DNA from: Iphione sp. A-MEVVRFRX5
Lineage: Eukaryota
Assembly: GCA_976226885.1 (NCBI GenBank)
Contig: OZ320317.1
Coordinates: 52,886,001-52,950,000, forward strand
Reading direction: 5' to 3'
Length of the DNA: 64,000 bases
In this document: piece after piece, positions 39,501 to 54,139 of the stretch
Position numbering within the stretch: position 1 is the stretch's first letter
How the letters are laid out: the number at the start of each line of letters is the position of its first letter
Position numbers and translations under genes: made by a program
Notes under the pieces: model-generated
Database searches by the model: none
Told to the model about the DNA's origin: nothing
Seen by the model: only the letters and a program-made list of their open reading frames with translations

Positions 39501-42284
39501 GGGCTCTCGATCGTGCCGCGTCCCCTATTACCCCGGCAATGTTAAAGCCACTATCGCTCAGTTATGTCCTTATATATATCTGGGGAATACGTACCACGCA
39601 TGAGACCATGCGGAGGGGAATTTTCCAATTAGCGAAGTCAGTAGATAGTCCGCAAGGCGACAAGAAGAATCGCTTCTTCGTTTTTGGAGAAATCAAGAGG
39701 ACGAAGTTGTCCTCGACGTCCCCGGCCTCCTATCAATTTTCGACATGACATGAGATCTAGAAACTTCTGGAGATTATAGACTGGAAACAGGAATTGCTAT
39801 GTTTGATTTTCCTCTGCCATTTCTGAATTTCACACATGTATTCTTGAAGTCGGCAATCCGGGCACTTGTGGCGAGTATAGTGTAAACAAAGATTTAAATC
39901 CTCTTCTAAACTTTGTAATTCAGCAAAATTACTGCAGAGGTGAAGAGTGGGTGATAATTGGGGAGTCTGTGTATATTCCTATGTAAGGTATAAGGCTTTG
40001 TTAAAACAAGCCAGTGCAAATTTTGTGATGTGCACTTGATGAAAAGGTGGGGGAACAGATACCTTTATTATAATATCAGATGTAATAGTGAAGTCAATGC
40101 CAAATGATTATTATAGGTGTAAACCTTACAATAGCTCAAAGAGAGAAACACACTTTCTTTCACCTCCACCCCAGGTGACCTGACCTATATATGACTGAAG
40201 CTACCAGTCTTATCAGCCATTGTGACGTCATGCCGACTTTAAGAATACGTACTTACACGGGTTGTGAGTAGGAGCCGTTCTCTAAAAACAGCCAGTTCAA
40301 TGTCTGGCTTGATAACAACGAAACTGAGCACCATGAACAGCAGTAAGCTCGGAAAACCTGTGCTTTGCAGATCCTCGTTGAATGCCTATGACTGCATTAG
40401 ATTCTTCGAAGAAAGGTACACGCCCTGTAACCCGGTGTTCTCAATACTGAACTTTCCCTCATCAGTCTCGAACACCTGCATCTAATTGCATTTCATGTTA
40501 CATGACCAAAAGAAACGTTGGGCACAGTCTGCTGCATGGACATTCGTTGAATGAGTTCTGAATAACATGGCAGCTAAAAGTACCTTGTAGCTAATATGGT
40601 GGGGTTCATGTCGTCCTGCATTTAATTTAGAAGTAATTCATTTGGCTTTTATGTTAAGCGCATGACAGAATCGATTTACATGCCCAGCAGTGAGCTCCAA
40701 TGCTATTGCCTTCATTTTTGTAGCATCTGCATAATCATTCGCAAGCAGTCGTTTAAAACTCTCCGATAATAACAGATTTAAAAGCGCCTCTGAGGCATCT
40801 CAAAACGATAAACGAGATCTACAAGGAGATGTAAATGTGTTATACGTCTTTTCTTGTCCGATACCCACTTGTAAATTCACATTTGTCTCTATAAATTACG
40901 CGTCTATAAATATACTGAATGTGTGCTTCGTTTTTCAAAGGTGATTAATGAAATACCTGATCACAATCTACATTTTTTCTCTGACGTTGATGATTCTTGT
41001 CAGTTAAATTCCAATTTCGTCACCTTCCATGTTATCCCCCATGGATGTATAAGAGAGTGTATTGTAAGATGTAAGTTATCTCCACTGGATCGTTGCTGAC
41101 TACCAATGTCATTTGTCTGCAAAAGCAAGGGTTTTTTTCTCTCTCGAAGAATTGCCGATGATACACATCACACCGGTAAGAAACATGTCCTCTCTGTCTT
41201 TCCTTTCGTTTTCCTTAGAGATTGTTCTGATCTATTGGATCACCATTCGCTTGCTGAAAATCCCCCGAGTATCCGCCATAATAGGACAAGTGACCAATAG
41301 CATCAACCCATTGCACCAGAGGGAGTCTAGGTCACAAATCGCGGCAAAAGGCCAATGCTGACAAATGTCGTCTGCGTTGTGAAAAAAAGGCTAGATAATA
41401 ACAAAAACAACAGCATTGTCCGCATCAATAATATCTAGCTGTTTTTCCCGAATGAAAATTCCATGCCGCATAACTGAAATTTTTCTGGAAATCTTAATAT
41501 AGTTACTTTCCGTTAATATCCATATGTGTACAAGTACATATGTTTGGAGATTGACTTGACTGGAAATTTACATTAACTATATATCTATAGTCAATGATAT
41601 GAATGGAAATTACACAGGAGACTAATCTCGGTGAATTAGATAATTAAATTCACCTAGAGTTGGTACTTTTAACTTGACTGCTATGATACGATACTAATTA
41701 AATATCACAGCTAGGGAGGAGGCGCTCTGTCAGGATAGTCGCTGAACTGACGCACTCACCAGAAGACTGACTTTGAGCGGTCGACTGAACTAATGAACAC
41801 GTAATTTAGCTGGAAACTCGAGATGGAGCAGATTAGTGGTTGCTAGTGGTCAAATCCCCCATGTATTGAGGAAAATAATGAAACCGGACACTGGCTAGAA
41901 CTATGTAACCCAGAAGCCAGTCGTATTACGGTTGGATATAGGGAACTGTTTATCACATTATTCCATTCCTTTTAGTATGTGCATAAGTAAAATTCGCTGG
42001 AGAATGTACGAGACCGCCTTAGTCGTCTGCTCTATATTCCATACTAAAGGTGGGGTTCATATGTATACATTGTTCACATTCACGCATCCATTCGTGGGAC
42101 TGCATTAGCGGCCGGACCTATAAAACCAACAGACTCTTTCACATACTTCCGGTCATTACATTGTCGCATCCGTCTACGTTTTGCTAATCGGGTGGGTGAA
42201 CATCAGGTCATATCTGTCGACCGCTATGCATGAGATGGCCAGTCCGGGACAGAAATACATCATTGGACAGAAAAGAAGTGTGAT

Positions 42285-42331
42285 TATATATATATATATA
42301 TATATATGTATATGTATATATACATATGTAT
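42285..42331. repeat. (TA)n microsatellite with TATG interruptions
   Basis: Read directly. Confidence 0.9.
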
Positions 42332-44539
42332 TTCGGGGGATATATCAGACAAGGCTAGCAATATAATATGTAAAAGTTAGTGAGAACGGACTTAAGTCTG
42401 TGGAAATGGTTCGATTAGGTGTCAACAAAAAGTCCAAGATGGTCATGGTTGGACTTCGGCACAAAACATTAGGTCTAGATATATTATTGGTTCATCACAC
42501 TCCTTATGTCTGGGCACATAAAAGCCTCCTCAACTTTTATAGACTGGGTTATGCTTTACAGTCCCACAAACAGATGTAAACATAAATAATGTACACATGT
42601 GAGAAGAGCCTGGACCTATGAAGTCTCTCATCCCCATCAACTGAAAGTGAACCTTCCCACCTAGCTTAGGCAGCAGAGCAGGGGCATTGATCCCCTCACT
42701 CACTACTACTGGCCACTGCTCACTACTAAACCACGAAAACGAGCTGTCTGTGGTGGGCACTCAGGTGTGAAGACAACTCCTTGTTCACCGCCAACTGAAG
42801 AGGGCAGAGAAAGTCAAACAAGAAGGTGAGCAAGATGTAAATTTTTTATTAGGTCGTACATACTTTGAAATTGCTTTAATTGATTTTAAAATATATTACA
42901 GTAACAACTGTCCACACAGACAAAGATTGCATTAAAAATCAGTCCATTTGAAAGAATAGTTTTAAGTCATAAGACTCACACTTTTGTGACGGGAGGAGGA
43001 CAAGACAGCAGTATCCCTAGAGTTCTCAATCCTCTTCGAGGCGGGGGGACTATTAACCCTTGCAATTTCTACTGCAGTTAGTTGTAGGGAATGTCGAAGC
43101 GCAGAGGGCATGGGAATGGAGCACTTCGATGGTAGATGGCGCTGGGCCGCTTCCGGTTGTGTCGAGGTTCAGCAAGTCAACAAAAAGAAAGGCTATTCGT
43201 GTGTCCATCAAATTAGTCCTCGCTTGCGACTGGATAGCAGCACGATTCGAAAGGATTCCTGAATAGGCTTGCAAGGATCTGTAACCTCCGATAAAATGTC
43301 TGTCAGAATTTGCAACATTTTCCGTGTTTTTACATGCAAGCACCGACAGAGACTAGACCTGATCGTGTTAGGCGGGCATATTTACTGAGCCATGAACATG
43401 ATATACTGATAATTACAGATTTGGTAATGCTTTGTAGGCGAAATATTGATAGCTAAGCATGTCGTCTAGTGCTAATGAATTTATCATGTTATGTAGGCAT
43501 ATCCATAACATAGCCCCGTCAATTGGATATCTTGGCAATTCTATAACCTAAAAAATAGCGATCTCATAATATAAGTACAGGGGAAAGACGACTTGGTCTT
43601 CCAGAGCACTGTAAGGACTGTGGTTGATGAAATCCTGGTATTAAAACCTTTGGATATCACATTGTATTTCTCTTACGTACTATTATAGATTCTCGAAAAG
43701 CTGTTCGGAGCAATTCGTGGTGACAACGTACCCTGGAACTGTATGACGGCAAAACACGCACGCACGCACACGAATACCCGTATCATGCGGTTATGAGTGT
43801 ACTCTATTGGTTATTTTCCAACAAGGGGGGGGGCTTTAGTTAGTCCCCTTAATGACATAACCATGCAACACCCATCCTTATACAACACTGCTATGCTTAT
43901 TGTGGCTTCTGTCGTGAGAATTATTGATCTTGAGTTTGCCATTCTGACTAAAAGCGAGCGGCTTCCAAGGGCCACTCAATTTGCGCGGTATTTTTTTCCT
44001 TCTTTTCGATTTCGTCTTCGCTTGCTTTGCGGAGGATCGCGTTGGTTGGTGGGACGATGAAGATGTATATCAAGCCTTCTCGAGAGAGTAACCACAAATT
44101 ATGGACGTCCGCACGGGCTGGTCTCCGGTAACCAGCGAAATGGTATCACCGGATTATGTCAACACTCATTTCCTCACACGAGCCAGTCGAAAGGGAATCT
44201 CGTAACATCGCGTGGATCTGGCGTCTCCAGGAGAACGTAATTACTTCTACTTCTGTGGAAAACTTGGGCAACTTCGGGTAAAAATAATTACAAAACGAGA
44301 CTAACAAAGAGCGACTGTGGCAATAGAAAGAGAAATTAGGGCGACTGTAGATGGCGGACAGTTAGAAGCTCAAGTATGAGACTTTTCAAAGTTTATGACT
44401 GCCAGGTTAATTAATCATGTGATTAGTACCGTCATTTAATGGACGAGGTGTGTGCAATCAAGTCATTCTTTTTTTCTTTGACATGTTGGTACCTTCCAGA
44501 GACTAACTGATATGCTTGCATCAGGAAAGGAGTATTAAA

Positions 44540-45900
44540 ATATGCATGAGTTTAGGTGCAATCGCTCTGGCTGCCCCACGCCCTGGTATACGACATTGTT
44601 CAGTTTGTACACCAATGATCATGAAAGATTTAGTGGTCTTACACTCATACCCACTCCACCGTCTTTGAGTGGCTATGGACAAGGAGACCAGTCTAACCAA
44701 GGTTACCTTGTAGTGTCTCCAGAGTGATGAATCCTGCCTTGTAACAGCTGACGTTTCCTCATAGCATGGATACAATCTGGCCCACACACCATTTCTCAGC
44801 TGGACCAGTTCAGGGCCTGGCCTGCAACATTTGCTGTAAATCCTGTGAAAATTGGGACTAGTCCAGGTCCACGCTTTCAAAATGGCCATAGGACACCAAG
44901 CTTTGGTTTCCAGGCTATGGGCCAGACCTTGGGTGAAGTTTTAATCTAAATGAATGAAGTTCACCTGGCCTCAGAGGTCTCACCCAAGTCCATGCCCTCT
45001 ACTAACATCATGAGAGTGCAGACCTAGGTGTGAGCGTGTGCTTTGTCTGTACCGTCCCCTCTGGCGTATGTACATGAGAACCAGCACAGAGGTGTGCCTG
45101 ATGGGACACCAAGATGCTTTCACTCCCCGACCACAGTCACTTCAATCTCAGGCGATCAGACTAAACTTTCTAAGGCATCTCTGGACCATTCCTGGCTACA
45201 TGCATACCAATTATCAAAGCTCCTACAGAATTCAAAAACGAAAAAAAAACTGATGGGCCCATGACGGACTCAGATAGGTGGATTACTCCCCAGGCCAGAA
45301 GTTCGGACTCCTCCCCCCCCCCCTCCAGGCTTACCAGGCTGAAATTTGAAGACAGCCTGAGGCAAACCCTGAGCTACAAGTAACAACTCCAGGTCCTTTA
45401 AACATTCCTTGAGAATAGAGGGGAATTACTGACAGACCCACATCACCTGAAAGGGGGCTACAGCAAGAGCCTGACGGGCGCACTCTGATCCACAAGAGGG
45501 CAGGGCTGTCAGACCCGGGCTGTAAGTCAGCTTGCCTCAAGAGGGGGGGGGGGGGGCTGCGAGCCCCTAGGCTGTGAATAGGCCTGCCCAAGGCCGATCA
45601 GGCCGAGATGTAAAATTTCAAGGCTCTACAATCACCCTAAGGGGATCACAGCAAAAACCCTGAAGGGTTTTGCCCTAAAGCCCTAGGGCTATACACACCT
45701 AAAAACTTCAGGTTTCTCCTTGGTCACTAACGTTAGGATGTCAGTGTTTTCCCAGGCTGTAAGTGTGGCCAACAAGGCTAAATCTTCATAACAACCTTGG
45801 AACCACCCAGGGCTATAGACGCATGGAATTTCAGGGCACTATGCGGTTCCAAAGGGAAACCAGAGCACAAACACTGACATGCTAGGCCCATTTGCAGCTG
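44540..45900 (-). mobile_element. Possible highly decayed DIRS-like RT/RNaseH remnant
   Basis: Scattered minus-strand fragments in DIRS order: FPFGTA (cf. LPFGL.TAP), LKFLGV, MYIRQRG (cf. YINRQGG), QLLQGRIHH (cf. LLSQ..I.HP). Several frameshifts are needed; eye match only. Confidence 0.35.
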
Positions 45901-46193
45901 GTTGGCTGACTTTGGGGAGATCAGGTAAAACACTAATTACAGGACTAGCCCTGGCAAGGCTATTTAACGGGCCCACCCTGGACAAACTAAGGCCATGGAA
46001 ACAGGAGCAGTCATTCCTACCAACCCATAAAATCGGGCCTGCATCCTGGCACCAGCTATATAAATCATGACTTGATTGTGCATCACTCATCCTTTGATAT
46101 GACATCACAGGATTAATTGTAGTCTAAATAATATATTTAAAATTAGAAGCAGTGTGCTCAACAGAGGCTGGAATACATTCGGCAAGCATGACT

Positions 46194-46203
46194 CGTGTGT
46201 GTG

Positions 46204-46252
<49 letters not shown>

Positions 46253-46262
46253 GCGCGCGCGT
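46194..46262. repeat. Compound microsatellite (GT)n-(GCGT)n-(GC)n
   Basis: Read directly; 69-bp alternating purine/pyrimidine tract. Confidence 0.95.
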
Positions 46263-49200
46263 CTATGTTCTTGTGTGTGCGCAAGAGGTTGAGAAGCGGC
46301 ACGACATCTGACCAAACAGCAAAAAGAGCCAACCTCGGGCGTTAAAAGGTTGCAAGTGACCGCCGGTTCTACCAACCCTGGACGTGTAGGAGCGGTCGGC
46401 CTCTAAGCAGCCAGATCAACGCCAGAACTAAGATTAGGAGGCGGATTAGCGGCGGCACTGGGCAGGAGATTAGGAGGGATACAGGCCCATCCGCACCTGG
46501 GGCCCTGCCGGGAATGATGGAGGGACGGAGCGAGGGTCGAGCGGCGCTAAGGATAGGGCAGCCCCTAGCTACGAGGATGGGAAACAAGAAGCAAAAAACC
46601 ATCATGTACACTTGGGCTCTTTAGTAGATTGTATACTCTATGTGATGAATCCTTCGTAGCAGCATGTATACGTCCGTAGGCTTGCTGGACACGGAGAAAA
46701 AAACGAGAGGCAAGGAGTGTGGGAGGGAGAGGGTAGGGGCAGATGTAGAATGGTAAGACAGTGATGGAAGGGGAGGAAGGTAAACGGGAGGAAGGGAACG
46801 ACAAATAGGGGAAAACGGCAAGATAAAGGAGGAAAACGGGCTTAGAAAAGAGGGGGATTGAAAGTGTGTGTACTTGTGTGTGTAAGAGGGGTGATTGTAG
46901 GGCACGGACAAATTGTGGTAGGAGAGACAGGGAGGAATGACCATAAATATGCACAAATGGTAGCGAGATGAGTGGTACAGCGAGATGGGTGACGGCAGAG
47001 ACATGTTATGGTATCGTTATCCCTGTATTCTGGAAGTGGACTAAAACTAAAAAGACGTGCTATCATTTGCTAAAAGGCATGGAAAGGTTTTTCAGAATGG
47101 CAAAACTAAATGGACGCAATTAGTGTGTAATTCTGAACGTGCCCCACCAAGAGGGGGACAGACTAGTCTCGCCACGATTTTCATGGGGCGCTCTTTTTGT
47201 CCAATTGGTAACGACAACCCTTGGAATTATTGACGGCGATGACGAACATTACTTAAGATGATACCGTAGCCGATTATCATTAACTTAATGGAAGTAACCA
47301 CAAGAGGCTGTTAACGTACAAATCCCGGCACAGAATACATTATAGAGTAATAACAGTCTAGTGGCAATGTGGTTGTAACAGATAGGGGTCATTGGGGTCT
47401 TACGTGGTGCTTTTAGGCTGATGGCGTTATCACCATTCACTAGTGGTGGAGGTGTAAACTACATCAGTGCCATAGCCTACTAGATGTACAAGTGCTGGTA
47501 GTAAAATACAATTTACTAATATGCAGAATAAAAAGAATGTAACCGTAACGTAGGCTTCATAGAGGGGGTTGGAAACAGCTTATCAGTAGGTTTTATGCTG
47601 ACAGCAACATCAACAATGTTACCAGTGTACAGCATACCAGTATTCAAGCCTAATATGCTGGGGTGTAGAAGTTCCAGCAGTAAAATCACCATAGACGAAT
47701 ACATGTAACTACGTAGCAGCCCTGCGGTTGTCATAGTGGGCGATGAGGAGCATCTTCTTCGCACGTTTTGTACTGATTGCTGTTCTTTATTACTGAAGGC
47801 AGCTTCAACATTCGCTTGTGGTATAAGAGCACAGCATGACAACTCTACATCCTATTTTAGACAATAAGTGCCTCTCGTGGTTACGTAAAAATAACGGGCC
47901 GTTTACGGATGGTTTCTTTATAAGACTACAAACGCTCGTTTTTTTTTTATGAGACTACAAGTGCTTGAAGTTAAGGGCGATTCTCTCTAAAATAGAGGCA
48001 GTCAAACTTCTGACCTGAGTGTCTTCAAAGACAGGAATCGAACGGCATACATACCTGAAAAAAGGAAACAAGAGCAAGATGTACAAGAAATCGAGAAAAG
48101 CACGTATTCAGCGCTTGAAGGCATCTGTTATAATTGTTACAATTACTGTCGTTCTCTCTCTAACCAGTCGCCTCAGACATTATGACTTAAGTTACAGCGC
48201 CTCACACCAAGCTGCACACATGGGGATACTCCAACTAGGCAGGCGAATAGGAAAGCACTTTTAGTGACTTCAGCAATGGATTGAATTTGCAATGGAATAA
48301 TCTTATGAATTAAACACTGAAAGGAGATTTGAACATTACTTTTCGTCTAGTCATTTCAAGATATCCCACTTGAACAAAGCAAACATAATAAACAGATCAA
48401 TAGTTAACTTTTCAAGCACGTTCATATGATCCTTTAAAAATAAACACACAAAGCATGGTACTGTAATGACAACGTCTTAAACACTAGCCCGGAACATGCT
48501 CGAAGCAAAAGAATCCTTTCTGCCTGAAGGGCATGAGTTCAGCCCATACTTCTAGCTTTGCTGTTGCTTCGGGCAGAGTAAACCGAAATTAGTAAAGTTT
48601 ATTGAATAAGTCTAATTACGGCTACGCCATGCATTCAAGTTTTGATTTAATATGTAAACGAAATCCATCCGTCCCCAGAAGTTGGCTGGCAGGTTTGGAG
48701 CATTGTTTTGTTTGACTGGCTGATTGCCTGGCCGGGAAACTGGTGTGATAAGAGCGAGAGAAGAAGTAGCTACCGCAGGCCTCGTTCACTTCTCAGCCAG
48801 TAACTTAATCAAGGGTCTAGGTTATGACAAATAAATGGACAGAGTTCATTGGATTAGTACAGTCAGCTTCATGGGCCAGTATTGGGACGCAGAAAAATTC
48901 CATTATGTTCCACCCTATACAGACACGCTCCTGCGATATAGCGATCTATACTACAAACAGTGAGAATAAATATAAGGCGCATAATTTCATTCTATCATTG
49001 TTTGTCGTGATCATTATTTTCAGGAGTTCATCAAATCTTATTCATTTGAAACAATCCCGGATGTCTAGCAGCTCCTTACAATTTAACGAATTATGGTCCA
49101 TATGTGTGGCGGTGTTTCACAGAGACTTTTCCTTACGTTTAAAACCTTTATTTGCTATTCGAAAATAACAATCACTGAAAAGCCAGTAACAAGAAGCGAC

Positions 49201-52200
49201 TAAACCATGAAATGAGGACCTTGAAAAGTTCACTTGAAAACTATTTGCTTTATATCTAAATACAATGAAAACATGTATGATATCTATTGGATCCCTCCCA
49301 CTTGACGACCCATTGGTAAAATCAGAAAAAACGTAGACGATGTTTCCTATTGCAGAAAATATTAGTGGCTACACTGAACGGCTAGAGGCCTTATCATAGG
49401 AGAACTCCGGCTTTCAAAATCACTTGACACGATTAAAGAGAACCTTCAAGCAAGGTATATCCTCGATACCTAAATTTGCGTCAATTTCTCTTAGCATTGC
49501 TGGACTTGCTCACGAGTTATTTGCGAGCAATTCCACATTCAAATCGATCTGGTTAAATTCAAATACTACGGGGGGGGGGGGCGGCGGTTGTTACCGGCAA
49601 GCACTGATTCTGAATCACCTACTGGTACCATACAGAATTCCTGCGGGGTCATTCCACTAGAAATATTGCTCCATGACCGTTGACATTTTCTTCGTTTTTT
49701 CTTTATATTTTCTTAGTCTTTGTATCAAAAGTAAGCCATTGATTTTCAACCCATCTTTGTAAGGGTAATGTGGCCATTGATTTCCATTTCATTTCGGATA
49801 CTAATGGGGCTGCTTTCAAAGAGCCTGCTGCTGCCACTAACACTGCCCACCACTACTAAGCCGGTTCCTCATTCTAGCAACAATGGCCTCCGGCATCAGC
49901 CACTCGGGCCAGGCCCAGCCCGGTCCCCACAGACACTGACGCCCCAGGGAAGCCACTCCATGACCGGACGCTCCGGGTGACCTTCAGAAGCGCCGCCCGA
50001 CGGCGTAGGGACACATTACGAGCTGCCGGCGGCGCCCTCTGCTGGGGGTCCTACAACAGATCTCGCGACGGCGGACGCCGTGAGAGAGGGGCTGGTGGTT
50101 ACGAAGCGGACGATCGACTTGACCGATCACGTGAGGGCCTGCACCAAATCATGTCTGGTAGCCAACCTATGCAGATAACAATCCCTAATAACTACATGGG
50201 AAAAAACTGGTTGCTGCGGCGACCGAGTGCAACGACAAAGTCCCTCTCAAGTTTACCATCCACCCTGCAGTAGCTTTACACACATACATGAACATACAGA
50301 TCTTTGTGTATGCATAGGATGCGTGGGGATGCCGTGAATATTCCCATTCCCGCGTTCTGGTCCCTGCTCCTCCAACAGCACCAGCAATCCTCGCCGTCCT
50401 TCTCGCCAAACACTCTTTCATGAACGTGCTGTGCGCTGCACGGTCTATCCTCTGAGCACACCCGGTAATCGCACAGTCTCTTGGGTGAATGCTCATCCGA
50501 AGATTTTTCTTACGGCTTAAACATTCACCAGACGCCCACCCTGAGTGACTTTCCCTGTCCCGCGCCATCTGGTGAGCGGCAGAGTGACTATACTGATATG
50601 AGTGCTGTTTGATCGCGGAAAGACGCAATTCAAGCGATATAAACGCAAATCCTCCAAGCGACGGCAACGGCCGACGTTTGTATTAAAGCACATCATCCGT
50701 TCGCCGTTAGACTGCTAGATATGGAGCATTTCGCTTGAAGCAAGATTCACACTGTGAAAGACGTTCGGCTACATGTTACATACGACGAAATCAGGTGGAA
50801 ACAGCCGGAAGAGCACGCAGAAGCAGAAAAAACGAAGATAGTTAACGTAGCTTAAATAAATGTGAATGGATAAAGTGAGGAGAGGGGAAAAGAAAAACGG
50901 GCAGCTCCATTGACGGAAGAACGTGCGCACCACGCCATGTGTTTTCCTAAACGGGCATACGAACGTCCATACATCTTCCATCCTCATATATTGTCGGTAT
51001 ACAGAGTTGAATACAGTATGTATATAGATGACAGCCTTAAACTATCGTCTCACTCGCATGGACGGATTAATCTAGCTCTAACGGTCATGGTTCCCGGCGG
51101 TATGAATGGGTCCTATGTGCAAGGGATAATAGGCTTCTGAAGCGGGCTTGGTGGTCTTGTCATCTTTTAATTAATCAAATGGGAACAGGATTTACTTCTC
51201 TTTTATGCAGTCGGCTAGGCAAGGACACATTTAAAGATCATGAGATGAAAAAACAAACTTTTTCCCCTTTCATGCTGTCATTTCTTTCCCATTAGAGTAA
51301 TTATATCTCTCGAACAACTTAATGCTGTCAGACCAAATCCATGGGGAGTATAAGCCATCATCTAGCCGTGGTCACTATTTTCTCCATTATCCACGTCAAA
51401 GCTCAGGAGCCAACATACTGAAGTCGTTATAGCCAAACATAGGACTGATGTTGCACGGGAAACCTACACTATAATATGCACAGTTCTTCCAGCAGCCTTG
51501 TACAGCTGGTATGAAAACAATCTACTGCGTCCTAGACCTGACCTCATCTACGTTCTCCACGTCGATATCTCACCTCGGCAGGCCCATTTATTTCCCAAAG
51601 AAGCTCGAAACTGGCTGACAGCAGTGCATCATACTAATATTTCCATAACCATCTCGTCTTAACCTCTTGATCAATGGCTACAGTGCCCACGTCGCATCGA
51701 CTACACAGGCAGCAAATTCAGTGGGCTGTAGTGGCTTCGGCCGAGCCCGCTGGTGGAGGGTGCGCAATTTGACAGATAACAGGCGACAGATATTGGTCAA
51801 GATTGGTTGGCCTCTTTGAGGGGGACATGATCATCCGCGGCTCCTGCGGCGTGCTCAGCCGCCGGCCTGACGCTGGTCGTATCCGGGCCGCTGTATCCGG
51901 CCCCGGTATCCAGCCTACTGGAGACAGTTTGTGGTCGTCACCTCCTCCAGTAGGGTGAAGCAGCAGGAGGCAATCCAAGGCTGGGGTGGGGCCGCTACCA
52001 CTACATTGTCCCATCAAGAGCTGGGACCAGGAAATGGGTATCTTCAGATTAGGGGATATTCCATTAATTTTCGACCCAAAAGTAAATGAATAAAACAAGA
52101 GCGCGGAGTTGATTTATATGTGAGATGGGACCTTGTGCGACGACATGGAGTAACAGTATTTGTACGCCACGTTGGTTTTTCCTCTCTGCTGATCACGGCA

Positions 52201-54139
52201 AAAAATGATTGTCCTTCTCTCCTTGGTCATCACTTCCGCCTCTCATTGAAAAAAAAACCTGCGACAACAACATATGCCAACTCTCTTTTTCTCTCTATGT
52301 TTATCAACACACGCTGTTTGCATCACTTTTATGAATAGGCCGCTCCCTGAGCCAACCTTTGGGGGACGAACAAAACGCACTGCCATTTTTTCCTTCCCCC
52401 AAACAATTTATCTGTCCTCCCCATTTATTTTACACGGCTTTGTAAACAGTACGGTGACACTCCAACAAATCACTGACAAAGCAAAGTGCTGTCGAGAGTA
52501 TCTGACGAGAGACCACACGCTATGGCCGGTCGCTGTGAAGACACGCCGTTCCGGCTTTTATCGTAGGTCTTCCTCAATATATTAGAAACGTCTCATAATG
52601 AAGACACTCCATCTTTAACTTCATTCAGAACAGCGTGGTGCTTCCACGCACTATTGTTGCTCCGACGCTCTGCAAACTGATACATCTATCCGCAGAAACA
52701 ATCGATGATTGTATTAGATTAATCCTTATGAATATAACGTAATCTAGTACTATTCAGCCTTTCCTGACTGTCGATAGAATACATATATCTTTTTCTACAT
52801 GAGCTTATACTATTGGCTTGGAGAATGATCCCCCCTCCCCCGGTCCTTCCCCTCCGTCATGACTGCACCTTCCGCCGTACGCCAGCACGATAGCCATTCT
52901 GATCAGCGTAAGCCAGCCGTCCTAATCGAAAATGGAATCAGACCCGCTATCAAGTACGGAAGGAATTCAGCACTGTGCTTATCTCGTCGGGGACGTCATG
53001 CTCGTCATGCTCTGACATTAGACAATAACGTCACATGGGCGCAGGCCCACCCAAATGAAATATTCCCCAGAGAACTGACTACAAGAGGACGAGATCAGCC
53101 ATTTCCCGGACATCTACTGCAGTTTCTATCGTCCCTAGTAAACGTACGGATGGCCTATTATTGCACTGATCGTACCGTATGCGGGCACCTCATTTCAGAT
53201 ATGATCTTTCACATCATGACAGTGATATTTTAGTTAAACCGGTTGACCTAAAAAAAAAAGGGGGGGGTAGTGATGAAGAGACTAAATAGATTATATGCAT
53301 GAGGCTCAGAATTAGGAAAACGTTTAGAAACAAAGGCTACAGGTCCATAAATGTATACGTGCCTCTTGGGTGACTGAAGACAGCCAAGTAAATCATCACC
53401 TTGCTTTTGGAAACAAGAACTAAACAGAGTGTACAGGTTTTGTTCACGTAGAACCGCGGGACCAATATCAAATATAGGAACCTAGGTACGGTATGAAAGG
53501 ACGTCAGGGGTGAAGTTGATGAAGACGGCAGGAGAGAGTATGACGTTATATGTTTTTTTAATAAATCTGCTTTTGATGCCACAGATGATACCAATGGTTT
53601 ATCACACCTGGGCTGTCCTAGATGGCATCATGTGGCGTCTGTATGGCACCCCTTGTTCCTCGCTATGAGGTGGGTAATACATCTTTTTAGTGGCGGTGAT
53701 GAATTACTCAGACAAGTACCGAGCTGCCTGACTACCTGCCTCTTCCCCACCCACCCACCCCCGCAAGTAGATGGCACGGTATGGTAGACAAGTAAGAAGG
53801 GAGGATGGGAGGATGGGGAGAGGGCGAGGGATGGCGAGGCGTGGAAACTATGGAAGGCCGAGCGAGCGAGTCGGAAAGAAATGTAAGAGGGCAAGTAGGT
53901 GCAGGAGGCCTGGGTAAGAACTGTGAAATGAGAAGCGCTTGGTGACATACGTGAACAGATTTTTGTTGCCAGTCTGAAATGAATCCTGGTGTTTTGAGCA
54001 AATTTACCGACAAGAGGTGAGGTAGGCGGGAAACGGAATGATAGTTCTGCCAGGTAAAAGGAGGGCGTCAGAAAGTGCTTGGTGAAAAGCGGTTCATGGT
54101 AGAGAACAGATAAGACCAGGTACTGAGGTTGGTAAGTCG

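Noticed and set aside
48500-48580. SECIS-like stem-loop (AUGA...GA)
   Set aside because: No apical AA, a poor helix II and no upstream UGA-containing ORF.
50185-50500. Cadherin-like ECND.VP.KF...VYA*D pattern on the plus strand
   Set aside because: Spacing does not fit a cadherin repeat and the frame has stops.
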